This document shows, one piece after another, positions 11,443 to 23,214 of a stretch of 36,639 bases of DNA. A program made the position numbers and the translations under genes. Origin of the DNA: Chiloscyllium plagiosum (Eukaryota); NCBI RefSeq assembly GCF_004010195.1, contig NC_057759.1, positions 6,046,598 to 6,083,236 on the forward strand, written 5' to 3'. The notes below the pieces were generated by a model. It was given only the letters and a program-made list of their open reading frames with translations, was not told the DNA's origin and did not search any database. How positions within the stretch are numbered: the first letter of the stretch is position 1; every line of letters starts with the position of its first letter.

Positions 11443-11458
11443 GGCTCTTAAAAGAGCC
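11443..11458 (-). terminator. H2A histone 3' stem-loop, followed by HDE-like GAAAAGGGCT
   Basis: Minus strand CCAAAGGCTCTTTTAAGAGCCACTCA, 30 nt after the stop codon. Confidence 0.95.
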
Positions 11459-11488
11459 TTTGGATTGTCAGATTCAAGAATGGTCTCT

Positions 11489-11940
<452 letters not shown>

Positions 11941-12764
11941 TTCCAAACAAAGGAGTATGTCTTACACTAAGAAATAAGTACAAAAAACTGAATAAGTTTA
12001 AAAAACATTAATTCTCATGTTAATTTAGTTTTAGTTTACAAATGTGTACTTCACACGGTCATACTCTCCCAAATTTGCCGACCTGTATCTGTCCATTTCT
12101 GATCTGGAGAGTGGGTTGTTTTTTTTTAAATCTTAGAGGCTGAAACAAAACGGGCCAAACATTGCAGTCTGCAAGCTGTCTTTTCACTTCACATTTCAGT
12201 AACACCCCGGCATGTTGATAAAGCAGCACACAACATTCTTCCAGCTCAGTATCGATGGCGAACACGGTGTTCAGACGATGTTTTAAAGATGTCCTCCCTT
12301 ATCGGTTTCGATCAGATTCAGCAAAAATCTCCACATCTCAGTCCGTCAGCTGTTTGGGTGTACTCTCTGTTCACTTTGAAAACTTCTTACAGACAGCAGG
12401 AAGTGTATCCTGTAAAAGCGGAATAAATCCGCGCAATTTTTTTTTAGAAAACAGGATAAAATACATCAATTCGTGGACTGTGAAGCACTTCCGTTTGGTT
12501 TGCCAGGGTTAAAATAAGCGTTATCATTCCACCAAGGCCTTTCGCAACTTGAACAATTAAGGTGAAAAATGATTCCATATCGTTTTATCTGCTCTCTCGC
12601 TAGCGTTTATGAAGTCGCTCCCCCCACCCATCGTCGATTCGCACTTATAAAAATCACACACCGGCGCTTAATCTACTGCCTCTCTACTGACAGGGGAATA
12701 CCTATGCAAACTAAAACAAACATTTCTTTAGAAATAGTTCAGGTCACTCTGGGAAGTTGTAGGT

Positions 12765-12780
12765 GGCTCTTATAAGAGCC
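12765..12780 (-). terminator. H2B histone 3' stem-loop (variant loop UAUA)
   Basis: Minus strand CCCAAAGGCTCTTATAAGAGCCACCTA, 43 nt after the stop codon. Confidence 0.92.
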
Positions 12781-12823
12781 TTTGGGTTTTGGATGTGTGT
12801 TTGCCTCAGTATAATGCAGTCCT

Positions 12824-13204
12824 TCACTTGGAGCTGGTGTACTTGGTTACCGCCTTTGTACCCTCCGACACAGCGTGCTTGGCCAGCTCCCCGGGCAGCA
12901 GCAGCCGCACGGCGGTCTGGATCTCCCGGGAGCTGATGGTGCTGCGCTTGTTGTAATGGGCCAGGCGGGAAGCCTCCCCCGCGATGCGCTCGAAAATATC
13001 GTTGACGAACGAGTTCATGATGCTCATGGCCTTGGAGGAGATGCCGGTGTCGGGGTGAACCTGCTTCATCACTTTGTAGATGTAGATGGCGTAACTTTCC
13101 TTCCTGGACCTTTTCCGTTTCTTGCCGCCCTTCGCTGGCGCCTTCTTGATGATTTTCTTTGCGCCCTTCTTGGAGGCTTGCTGTGCTTTCTTCTCATCAG
13201 CCAT
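12824..13204 (-). CDS. H2B: Replication-dependent histone H2B, 126 aa, intronless
   Basis: MADEKK...[96 protein letters not shown] at 13204 lies downstream of the TATA box; stem-loop present. Confidence 0.97.
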   Translation of the reverse strand: MADEKKAQQASKKGAKKIIKKAPAKGGKKRKRSRKESYAIYIYKVMKQVHPDTGISSKAMSIMNSFVNDIFERIAGEASRLAHYNKRSTISSREIQTAVRLLLPGELAKHAVSEGTKAVTKYTSSK

Positions 13205-13258
13205 AGCGCCGCTCACTTTCAGACACAGAATAAGGGAAAGCGGGCTCGGAGCTCCCTG

Positions 13259-13385
13259 TTTATAGGCTGACGACGTCAGCAATGCTAATGAGGGATGTGG
13301 TAAATCCGTTTCCCGATTGGGTAGTTTACACTGATATATTTAACAAAATCTCAGTCTCTCTGATTGGTTTATGCGGTATCCAATG
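13259..13385 (-). promoter_or_regulatory. H2B promoter: TATAAA, CRE-like element, variant octamer and CCAAT boxes
   Basis: tttata 13259-13264; gctgacgacgtcagc 13266-13280; ATGCTAAT 13282-13289; attgg 13316-13320 and 13363-13367. Confidence 0.8.
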
Positions 13386-14090
13386 TGGATCAGTCAGAAT
13401 CTGCAACGAAATGTGAAGTGGACGGTGATTTTGTTCCTGTCAGTCTGACTGAAGGAGATTTGTTTTGTGTCTGTGATACAGAAAGTGACTGTGGTATTGG
13501 CTCGGTTTCCTTTTGCTCGTTGTTGTGATGATGTGGGAGTGGAAGGGTGTGTTTGCAGCTCTGCATGTCTGTTTCTGGTCCTCTGTATGGGCTGGAATTA
13601 ACGCAGAACTTGTCACTTTGTGAAAAAAAAACTTCCATCCATTTGAAATAGTGATTACATTTGTTGTCAAGTTACACAGTCAACTGGAACCTGACCGTGA
13701 GTGTTTTCTACCCTTGGGGTTGATGTAACTCGTTCTCAATTGCACGGAGTTGAAGACAAATGAAAAGAAAAAGTTTCTATGTCATATTTTTCTTGAGTCA
13801 CGACTTGACTGTGGGATGAATATATTTCTGAGACCTCGACTGATACTGTGTGCTTTGCAAGTACCTGCAGTGTAACTGAACCACGTTGCTGCACTTTCCA
13901 TTTAGGCGTCATGCACTCTCATGTAGGGATTTATAGAATTTCTCAGTCTTATGCGAATACCTGTTAACCAGCAACTGTTAGCATGCTATGTATATATGTT
14001 ACTTTAACTTTGTATCTGTCGTGTCCTCATTTACACATTTGGCATTAACTCAACACCTGTCCACCGAGGTTCTGGTCCTCTGTGTAATAG

Positions 14091-14211
14091 GGCAGAGTTT
14101 CGGGCATAAGCCCTTCTTCTCCTGAAGAAGGGCTTATGCCCGAAACATCGATTCTCCTGTTCCCTGGATGCTGCCTGACCTGCTGCGCTTTTCCAGCAAC
14201 ACATTTTCAGC
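14091..14211 (+). mobile_element. 121-bp Penelope-derived insertion (family B) with head-to-head hammerhead-like motifs
   Basis: 15-bp TSD tcctctgtgtaatag (14076-14090, 14212-14226); perfect 23-bp inverted repeat 14097-14119 / 14124-14146; CTGAAGA-A-GGGC-ttat-GCCC-GAAACATC. Confidence 0.85.
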
Positions 14212-14342
14212 TCCTCTGTGTAATAGTCAATTAGTGTTACTTCAAGAGAAGTTTTATTCAGTAACCATCAAACACTGATGTAAGCGGTAAAACATTACAC
14301 GATTTGCCAGCCACTTAGAAATATTTCTCCAATCTGTGTCCC

Positions 14343-14490
14343 TAGGAGAAAGTGAGGATTGCAGATGCTGGGGATTGGAGGGCTTATGCCCAAAACTACG
14401 AGATGAAGGACCTATGCTTGAAACATCGATTCTCCTGCTCCTCAGATGCAGCCTGACCTGCTGTGCTTTTCTAGCACCACACTCTCGACA
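14343..14490. mobile_element. Decayed Penelope-derived family B insertion
   Basis: Flanking direct repeat ccaatctgtg (14329-14338, 14491-14500); gagaaagtgaggattgcagatgctgg and gaaacatcgattctcctgctcc. Confidence 0.7.
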
Positions 14491-14908
14491 CCAATCTGTG
14501 CCCAGATGTATTTTTGTAAACTCGATTTCACAGTCTTTACATGTCAGTATGTTACTGGACTGTAACTCAAACCTTCTTAAGTGTAACTGTAGGTGTCATC
14601 TATTGACATAAGAATGTGTTTCATGTCGTACCTACAATTTTGAATGTACCAGATACCATTTTGGACAGACTCGGGTAGGACTCACTACCCTCCAGTCCCT
14701 TACTCTATGAAAATCAACTTCTGCAAATTGAAGTTGAGTTTGGTAATTCTAATTCCAGCATTTCAATAAGGAATAACTTTTTGTACATTGTTACTGACAA
14801 TATCTGCAATGTCACTACTGATGTGACATTGTTTATGCCAGTTTCTAGCTAATCAATAGTTGTACTATATCCTAACAATTTAGTGTCTTTGCTGTAGTTA
14901 TTAATTTC

Positions 14909-15221
14909 TTTCAGGCTTGTGTCACTTTAAATATCTCAGAGCAGAAGCATGAGAAGTCTGTGGCATTTTCATCTGCCTGTGTATACTCTGTCATGAGATC
15001 ACAAAGGCTTTAATTATGATCGTCATCTCATTTTGATGTTTAGTGCCCATAACCAAAGATTTCAGGCTTGTGTCACTTTAAATATCTCAGAGCAGAAGAC
15101 CATTAGAAGCATGAGAAGTCTGTGGCATTTTCATCTGCCTGTGTATACTCTGTCATGAGATCATAAAGGCTTTAGTTATGATCGTCATCTCATTTTGATG
15201 TTTAGTGCCCATAACCAAAGA
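14909..15221. repeat. Recent tandem duplication (14909-15059 and 15060-15221)
   Basis: Near-identical copies starting tttcaggcttgtgtcac; the second has 11 extra bp (accattagaag). Confidence 0.95.
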
Positions 15222-15524
15222 CTCCCTTATGTATCAAAAAAAGATATATGGCTACATTAGCATAAATTAAGCTGATAACCCAACCCCACCTGCTCTCTTT
15301 GGAACAGATCAAGGGGAGAATGTTCTACATTTCTTTCTGAGACAGAAGGCTTCCTGTTCAAACCTGTGTCCCTTACTCTGGATTCTCTCATGAGCAGTGA
15401 CATACTCCCAGCATCAACTCTGTCAACTCCCTTCAGATCATTTTCTTTTGTCCTGAAGATGATAAATTGTTCTTCAAATCTCCAGTGAGAAAATGCCCAA
15501 CCATTTTATACTTGCAATGAGAGC

Positions 15525-16530
15525 CCATATATCAATCTACAGCTCTAAGTTTCTGCAATGTGAATATGAGAGTGCAGGTATCACTCTGTCCCAGTAAGAT
15601 TCTGCTATGTGCATACTTGTGTGAAGTTATTACCCTATACCTGTTGGTTCCTACTGTGTGAATATGTCAGTTTCTGCTCTGTGAATGTGATAGTTTAATT
15701 ACCAATCTGTCCATGTCAGTTTCTGCATTATTGAAACATGAACATAGTTATCAATGTCTACCTGCCATCTTCTGCTAAGTGAACATGTGGGGATCCGTAT
15801 TGAAATGTACTTGTCACTTTCAGTGATATGAAATTCATGAGTGTAGTTATCAATCTTTCCCTGTCAGTTTCTGCTTTGTGAATGTATTGATGTAGTTAGA
15901 CATCTGTACTGATGAAGGGGCTTTTAACCAAAATGTCAATTCTCCTGCTTCTTGGATGCTTCCTGACCTTCTGTGCTTTTCCAGCATCACACTCTCAAGT
16001 CTAATCTCCATCATCTACAGTCCTGACTTTTGCCCATCCAACAGCAGTTTCTGATCTGTGAATATGGAAGTATAGTTATTGATCTGTCCATCAGTTTCTC
16101 CAATTTTAATATGACAACCTATTTATCTATCTCTCCCGGTCAGTTTCTGTGATGTGAAGATGACAGTCCAATTATCTATCTGCCCCTGTCAGATTCTGCT
16201 GTGTGAATATGAGTGTTTCATTATCAGTCCTTTCCTGTCAGCTTTTGCAACGTCAATATGATTTTAGTTATCAATCTGCCTCATTAGTATTGAGGTGAAT
16301 ATAAGAATGTAGTTATCATATACCTGTGAGATTCTGCTCTGGGAATATGTGAGTGTATTATCAAAATGTACCTGTCAGTTTCTGCAATGTGAATGTGTTT
16401 GTGCAATCATCAGTCTGCCCCTAACTGCTTCAGCTATATGAATGGATGACCACATCTGTACCTGAAAGTATCTTTACCTGTCAGTTTGTCTTCTGTGAAT
16501 AAGTGAGTGTACTTACACATTTGTCTCTGT
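15525..16530 (+). repeat. Diverged ~47-49-bp minisatellite
   Basis: Unit approximately agttatcaatctgtacctgtcagtttctgctgtgtgaatatgagagtgt; gtcag recurs at 16139, 16188 and 16237. Confidence 0.85.
15909..16034 (+). mobile_element. Decayed Penelope-derived family B remnant inside the minisatellite
   Basis: ctgatgaaggggcttttaaccaaaatgtcaattctcctgcttcttggatgct. Confidence 0.7.
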
Positions 16531-16624
16531 TTAACATGACACTTGCAGAAACTGCAGGAGCTCTTTTTACTTCAAATCTCTGTTGCTCAACATGAATAAG
16601 ATTTTATCTATTGCCATCACCAGC

Positions 16625-16950
16625 GTGGCATGGTGGCACAGTGGTGCCAGGGATGCAGATTCAATTCCAGCCTTGGTTCATTACCTGTGCGCAGTTTGCA
16701 TGTTCTGCCCATGTCTGCATGGGTTTCCTCTGGATGCTCCAGTTTCTTTGCATGGTCCAAACATGTTTAGGTTAGCTGGATTAGCCTAAGTTGTCCAGTA
16801 GTATTCAAGGATGTGCAGTGTCAGTGGGTTAACTATGGTAAATGTGGAGTTATGGGGATAGGATGAGGTCTACATCTGGCTGGGATCCACTTTGGTGAGT
16901 TGTTGCAGGGGGATGGGCCAAATGAACTCTATCTGCACCAGAGAAATTCT
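16625..16950 (+). mobile_element. Old tRNA-derived V-domain SINE (HE1-like)
   Basis: A-box-like tggcacagtggt, B-box-like ttcaattcc, V-domain-like gggtttcctctggatgctccagtttc. Confidence 0.7.
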
Positions 16951-18444
16951 ATGTACTGTAATTGAAAGTAAGACTTTATTAATACCATTTTCAGTCTCTG
17001 ACAGCGTAAAGCAGTTTGGATAATTTCCACAACTTTTATTCTATGGTACAGGTTATGATTGTAAGTTATATTCTGAATGTGCATTTTGAACTTATTGTTC
17101 ACATGTTTATAACAAGACCACTTTATGAGGGCTTTTGCATTCTGTATCCAATAATCTTTGGGGATCTGTTTAAATGTGTACCTTTTCACATTAATATTTA
17201 ATTTCCCTTTGGACCACTTGAAAACAAAGTATTCATTCAGTCATTTTGTATGAGATGTGTTCTGTTTTCACTTTGTTGAAACAAATTAAATTGCAATATT
17301 TGTTTCAATCTGGCACTTGGCATGCTAGCTAATTCCTTCAGTTTGGACAAACAGAATTGATACATGAATTACATATAGTCATAGAGTCAGATAGCAAGTT
17401 TAAACCATGATGAGATAATTGAAGGAATAATTAACCTGAATCTTTCCCTATTTAAGTGAAATACATTGTTAGCATGCAATAGGTTCAGTATTTCCAAATA
17501 AACAAGTGGAGTTTACTTTTTGACCAACGTTATACTATGCATTAAAATTCTGTCGGAAGTTCTCTTATACACTGGGACTGACATACTTCACTCTCACCTT
17601 TCCTGTTTAATTTAAGGAAACGGTAGCTCTCCCAACCATATGATCCTAGTAGGCTTGAGTTTTCTATTTTTGCCTACGGACCTATTAACCTGACAGTGTT
17701 TCTGTGTTTTGCAAATTATTCTGTACCCACTGTGTATGGCACCATCTCACTCTTTGTTGTGTCCAGAAACCATCAGTTTCCTTTAAGTCCTTCATTATGT
17801 AAATAAGGACAATAACTGGTGCAGTCTGCAACTATTTGTTCCTCTCTGTGAATGCAGAACTAATCTTGTTTCTTCCACTCACTTGTACGGTTTGTGTACT
17901 TGGGAAGTACTCTCTACCCGTCAGTCTGTGCTATTTAATAGGACTGTGATATGGTTTATTGTCCTTCAAAACTCTACTCAGATGTGACAGACTGTCAACA
18001 GATTAGAGCCATGTTGTCTATTGAAAAACTTGGAAACTAAATTTAATGCTGACTACTCGGGCTGTTGTGTACACGCACTGATTTTATGTATAAAAACAAT
18101 TTTTGAAAGGAACAGTTGTTATGATACAGGGAAGATGCCCACACTCGATTGATCCTGCTTCAATCTTCCTGCATTGTGCTACTGAGCAGTTTAAATGTTT
18201 GCTATTAAATGGACAGCCAGTTAGCAAAAGGAGAGAGTTTTCAGTTCATGTTTCCTGAAGTGAATGGGCAAGATCTTATTTTCTTTGACTGTATCTGTAG
18301 GATTCACAGACAAGTGAAACCACAGCACATTGTCACAGAAAGGATCTGTGCTGTTCTTCAGAGTCAAGGAGCTAAAAGCAATGGACCTTTGCACCTCCGA
18401 TAGTGCAGAGTCTAACTGGGAGTAGTGATATCAAGGTGTGGCCT

Positions 18445-19105
18445 TCAGAGAGCCACACAGTTATACAGCACAGAAACAGATCCTTTGGTCCAAGCTGTTC
18501 ATTCTGACCAGACATCCTAATCTGACCTCGTCCCATTTAAGTTAAAAATCTCAACATCAGGTTATAGTACAACAGGTTTACGTGGAAGCACTAGCTTTCA
18601 GAGTGATGAAGGAGCAGTGCACTGAAAGCTGGTGCTTCCAAATAAACCTGGTGTACGACAAATTGGAGTTGTGTGATTCTTAACTTTGTTCACCCCAGTC
18701 CAACACTGACACCTCCACTTACCAGCATTTGGCGAATATCCATCAAAACTGTTCCTATTCTTGTATATATCCAGGTAACTATAAAAGGTTGTAATTGTAC
18801 CCACCACCTCCACTTCCTCTTGTAACACATTCCATACAAGAACCACCCTCTATGTGATAGAGTAACCCCACAGGGCCTTTTAAGATCTTTTTTCCACAAT
18901 TCAAACCTGTGCCCTCTATTTTTGCATTCACCCACATTCGGAAAACAACCAGGGCTATTCATCCTATCATGCCCCTCATGATTTTCTCAACCTGTACAAA
19001 GGTCACACCTCATTCTCCGACAGTCCATGGAACAAAGCAACAGCCTATTCAGCCTCTCCCCCTAACTCAAAACCTCCAGTCCTGGCAATGGAACATCCTA
19101 ATAAG
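18445..19105 (-). mobile_element. CR1 LINE 3' fragment with nested Penelope palindrome
   Basis: Reverse complement of the CR1 3' region seen at 29340-29770. Confidence 0.75.
18540..18716. mobile_element. Penelope-derived family A palindromic insertion (decayed)
   Basis: gttaaaaatc...ggaagcactagctttc / tgatgaaggagcagtgcactgaaagctggtgcttcc...ttaactttgttcaccccagtccaacac. Confidence 0.75.
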
Positions 19106-20496
19106 AGTAGTGCAGTTGACGTGGTTTATATGGACTGCTGTAAGGTCTTTGTCGAAGCATAACCCCGGACCGGGGAGGAAATACTCAGCAGGCAGGCAGG
19201 CAGCATTCAGGCAAGTGGTAGGTGCTTATTCAAGTAGAAGCGGGTTAGTGCAGGGAGAGGGCCAAATGATCTTCCCCAGGGACTGGCCTCAGAAGAAAGG
19301 TCCATGACACAATTTCTTTTTACAATAAAAAGCAATATTGTTTATAAGCTTTCTGATAACAATCACATACAACTTGATTATGATGTTCCCCCCTCTTACT
19401 TTGCATACGCCATTTAATGAGACACCTAATCAATGATGGGCATTTCTATGGACAGCTCCAGGATCCCTTGACCTCTCAGAGTTTAGAGGACACTGTAATC
19501 TCTAGGCCTTGCAATCTTTCTATGCATCCTATTCATTCACATTCCAAAGTTATTTTCTATACACCCTTGTGTTTCTCTCAGTCTAGCTTATCTCTCTCAG
19601 GACAGCTTGAATGCGGTTATTCATTGTATTCCATTTTATCAAGATCAATTGCTCCTCTGGTATAATTCGGACAGTGGGGAATATATGAAGAAAAAACAAA
19701 GGACAGTTTGTTTTGACTTACTTGCCACAGACATGTCATTTTAATTTCTGTTATTAAAAACTAAGTTACAAATGTAAAGTAATTCAGATATCCCAACTAT
19801 TAGCATTTTGTGATTATTGGGCTGTGAGCAATCTATTGTGTTCTGGGTGTAAGAGAAGTCATTACTTAAAGCTAATTAACCTTCACTTCCAGGTTTATAT
19901 GCTTCTTTCCCCTTTATGCTTTAGTATTATGCATCTATTTTTTATGCTGGAAACTACGGTGATGATGCTATGTCTCCTTACGAGAACCTAATTCTGAATA
20001 TTCTAACTTATTTCAAGAAACTGAGTACTATGAGATAACTTTACCTGTTGCACCCTCAGCTGTTTTAGGGGATTAATGGGCTTTAACTAGCATTTGGTAT
20101 CTGTTCATTAACTGGGACAATTACCCTTTCATTTAATGTGGCTGGACTTACTCATTTATTGGATCTTCGGTCTGTTTGTCAGAACTGTTTCGAATGGGAA
20201 CAGGCTGGGTCCTTTTTACTGTCCTCAGAGTGGCTTGTTCAATGGTATCGTTCTGCCTTACTGTGCAAGTAGGCTGCTTGGTGTAGTTTCTGCCTGCCAT
20301 TGCATTTCACATCCTGCTATTTAATTCTTAAAGGTCAGTTTGTGTTAACAGACATGGGCCACTCTATTCTGGCCAGGTACAGGCCACCCCTACAGCCTTT
20401 GACAAAGTCCCATATAAAAGACTGGTCCAAACTCGGCTCTTGGAGTCTCAAGCAAATTGGATCTGAAATTAGCTTGCAGCCAGGATGCAAACTATA

Positions 20497-22225
20497 ATGG
20501 TGGAGGGTTGTGTTTGTGATTGGTAGCCTGTGACCAGGGATCAGTGCTGCTTGTTACGTACATATTAACAATTGGATATGAATGTTGAACGTATAATTAG
20601 TAAGCCTGCAGATGAATTTTTTGTGCAGAAATGTTATATGTGTCAGTGCAGCCTTGGAGTGCAATGGGCCTGTTCCTGTGCTGTATTGTTCTTTGATCTA
20701 TGACATGAAAGTCAGTGGCATTGTTGACAGTGAGGAGGATGGTCTCAGGCTACAGTATATGAACATTGGGCACTGCAATGGCAGATGGAATTTAATCCTG
20801 ATAAATGTGAGGTAATGCATTTTGGAAGGTCTAATAAGGCAAAGAATTACACAATGACGGATTGGTCCCTCGCCAGTACTGAGGACAAAAGGGGCCTTGG
20901 TATACAAGTCTATAGACCAGAGAAGGTGGAATGGGACAATTTGGCACCGATCATTTGGCCCTGCCATTTTGGCTCTAAACTGTTTTGGCGCTCATTACTT
21001 TGGCGCTGAGCTGTTTTGGCATCAATTCAGAATAAAAAAAAGTCTTGTAGAGCCCGTAAGAAATTTGTTTTTATTGCATTGTAAGAAAGAAATCTAATTC
21101 TTTTTTATTCATTATTTTAACCTATTCATTATAAAAAGGAATTTCTACATTTTGCTACATTTATCAAACACGTGTGAAAATTTTGGTTTGTCTTTTTTGC
21201 TTAGAATGTTTTCAGCCATTTCTGGTATGGGCTCTCCAAGAAAATAGAAAGAAAATTGTATTACAGCTTTCCAATATGAAGACAGAAGGGCTTTAGTATC
21301 ATCAAGGCAGTAGATGACTATGAACATTTGTTAAATGAGAAAATGATTACAAAATGAGATTTAAATCTACAGCGGATCATTACAGCTTTGACTATCAACT
21401 CATGCTAGTTGAGAAAATTACATTGGGTCGTTAGTCATCCTCTCTTCTTTCACCAAACAAGACTTTTATTTTTATTCTGAATTGGCACCAGAACAGCTCA
21501 GTGCCAAAGTAATGAGTGCCAAAACAGTTTAGAGCCAAAACGGCAGGGCCAAATGATCGGTGCCAAAAGGGCAGCACCAAAACGTACCCGACCCCACAGA
21601 AGGTGTCAGTACAGGCAGACAGGCTGCTGAAGAAGGCATACAGAATGCTTTCTTTCAGCACCTGAGCTGTTGAATATAAGAGCAAGGAAGTCTTATTCCA
21701 CCTTTTATAAAACAGATCAAATACTGAGTGCAGTTCTGATTACCACACAATTAGAAGGATGGGATTGGCTGGAGACGATGGAAAGTCTCCGTCAAAAGGG
21801 GAGACTGTATGAGCTGGGTTTGGTTTCCTCTGAGCAGAGGTGGTTGAGAGAGGATCTGACTGAGATGTACAAAATTGTGAAAGATGCAGACAGAGTAGAT
21901 TGTGAGAATCTTTCTCCCCATGGCAGATGAGTCTGAGACCAGAGAATATAAGTTGAAGGTGCAGAGAAAGCAGTTTAGGGAATATCTAAGAAAAATATTT
22001 TGATCTGGAGGGTGGGTAAAGTTTGGATCATGCTGCCCGAGTGTGTGGTGGAATACTCTCACAGCATAGAAAGCAGCATCTGGACATGCCCATAAGAAAC
22101 CAGGACATAGTCAGCTATGGGCCAAGTGCAGGTAAATGGGATGAATGTACTTTGCTGTTTGTTGGACATCATGGACATGGTGGGCTGAAGGAACTCTTTT
22201 TATGCTGTATGACTCCATATCTCTA
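20497..22225 (+). mobile_element. CR1 LINE RT 3' fragments to the tail, interrupted by a MITE
   Basis: MEFNPDKCEVMHFGRSN (20785); LYELGLVSSEQRWLREDLTEMYKI; tail tgctgtatgactccatatctcta. Confidence 0.8.
20929..21594. mobile_element. Foldback-type MITE with ~110-bp inverted arms built from ~15-bp subrepeats (possibly Mutator-like)
   Basis: Arms 20940-21048 and 21458-21568 are reverse complements; periodic TTTGGC; flanking direct repeat ca[g/c]agaaggtg (20918-20928, 21595-21605). Confidence 0.8.
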
Positions 22226-22229
22226 TAAT

Positions 22230-22605
22230 ATGCTTGTAAATCTTTTCTGCACCATCTCAAGTTTAACAACATCCTTCCTGGAGAAGGGAGATGAGCATTG
22301 CACACAATCTCCTAAAAGTGGCATCACTAATGTCCTGTACAGCCCAAATCCTACACTCAATGTTCTGACCAATGAAGGAAAGCATGCCAAATGTTGTCTT
22401 CACTGCCCTGTCTACCTGTGACTCTACTTTCAAGGAAATATGTAGCTGCATCCCTCAGTCTCTTTGTTCAACAACACTCGCCAAAGCCCCACCATTAAGT
22501 GTATAAGTCCTGCCCTTGTTTGTTTTACCAAAATCTAACACCTCACATGTGTCTAAACGAAACTGAATCTGTCACTTCTTGGCCCACTGACCCACCTGAT
22601 CAAGG
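22230..22605 (-). mobile_element. CR1 LINE fragment
   Basis: Minus-strand ORF SLKVESQVDRAVKTTFGMLSFIGQNIE is homologous to 28967-29341. Confidence 0.8.
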
Positions 22606-22666
22606 TCATAATTTGTTCATTTTTTCAGTGCACAGTGATATAATTATTTGAAGACTGTTGAAGTAG

Positions 22667-22970
22667 TGGCACGGTGGCTCAGTGGTTACCACTGCTGCCT
22701 CACAGAAGCAGGGTCCCAGGTTTGATTCCAGCTTCGGGCAACTATGTGTGGAGTTTGCACATTCTCCCTGTGTCTACGTGCATTTCCTCCGGGTGCTCCG
22801 GTTTCCTCCCACAGTCCAAAGGTCAGGTGAATTGGCCACGCTAGATTGCCCATATTGTTAGATGCATTAGTCAGAGGGAAATGGGCCTGGGTGGTTCCTC
22901 TTCGGAGGGTTGGTGTGGACTGTTTGGGCCAAAGGGCCAGTTTCCACACTGTAGGGAATCTAATCTAATC
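22667..22970 (+). mobile_element. tRNA-derived V-domain SINE (HE1-like)
   Basis: ggcacggtggctcagtggtt A box, ggtttgattcc B box, tttcctccgggtgctccggtttcctccca V domain, (AATCT)n tail. Confidence 0.88.
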
Positions 22971-23214
22971 AAAAGGTATGTATTAATTACCCTCCACTGT
23001 ATTGTAATGATGCTCACCATCATTTGGACACTTGTGTAGCTCAATGGAGAGGAGGAGGAAGGCAGAAGGACTCTGATTTTCTCTCATGCAGTGGTGGAAA
23101 TTGGAACAGCCAAACTAATTTTTTTTGAAGAATGAAACGTTTGAACTCTTCTCGTAAAAAGATAAATGAGCAGCTTTAGGAATCTATGTTATCTTGTGAG
23201 GAGTTACTGAGAGA

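Noticed and set aside
13205..13282. 26-aa N-terminal extension of H2B in the ORF track
   Set aside because: Starts at a non-ATG codon upstream of the TATA box; the real start is the ATG at 13204
15525..16530. CRISPR-like or zinc-finger-coding interpretation of the periodic repeat
   Set aside because: No identical repeats with unique spacers, variable period, and no open Cys/His frame
22667..22740. tRNA gene
   Set aside because: The A/B boxes belong to a SINE head that continues into a V domain and (AATCT)n tail; the same applies at 16625 and 26087
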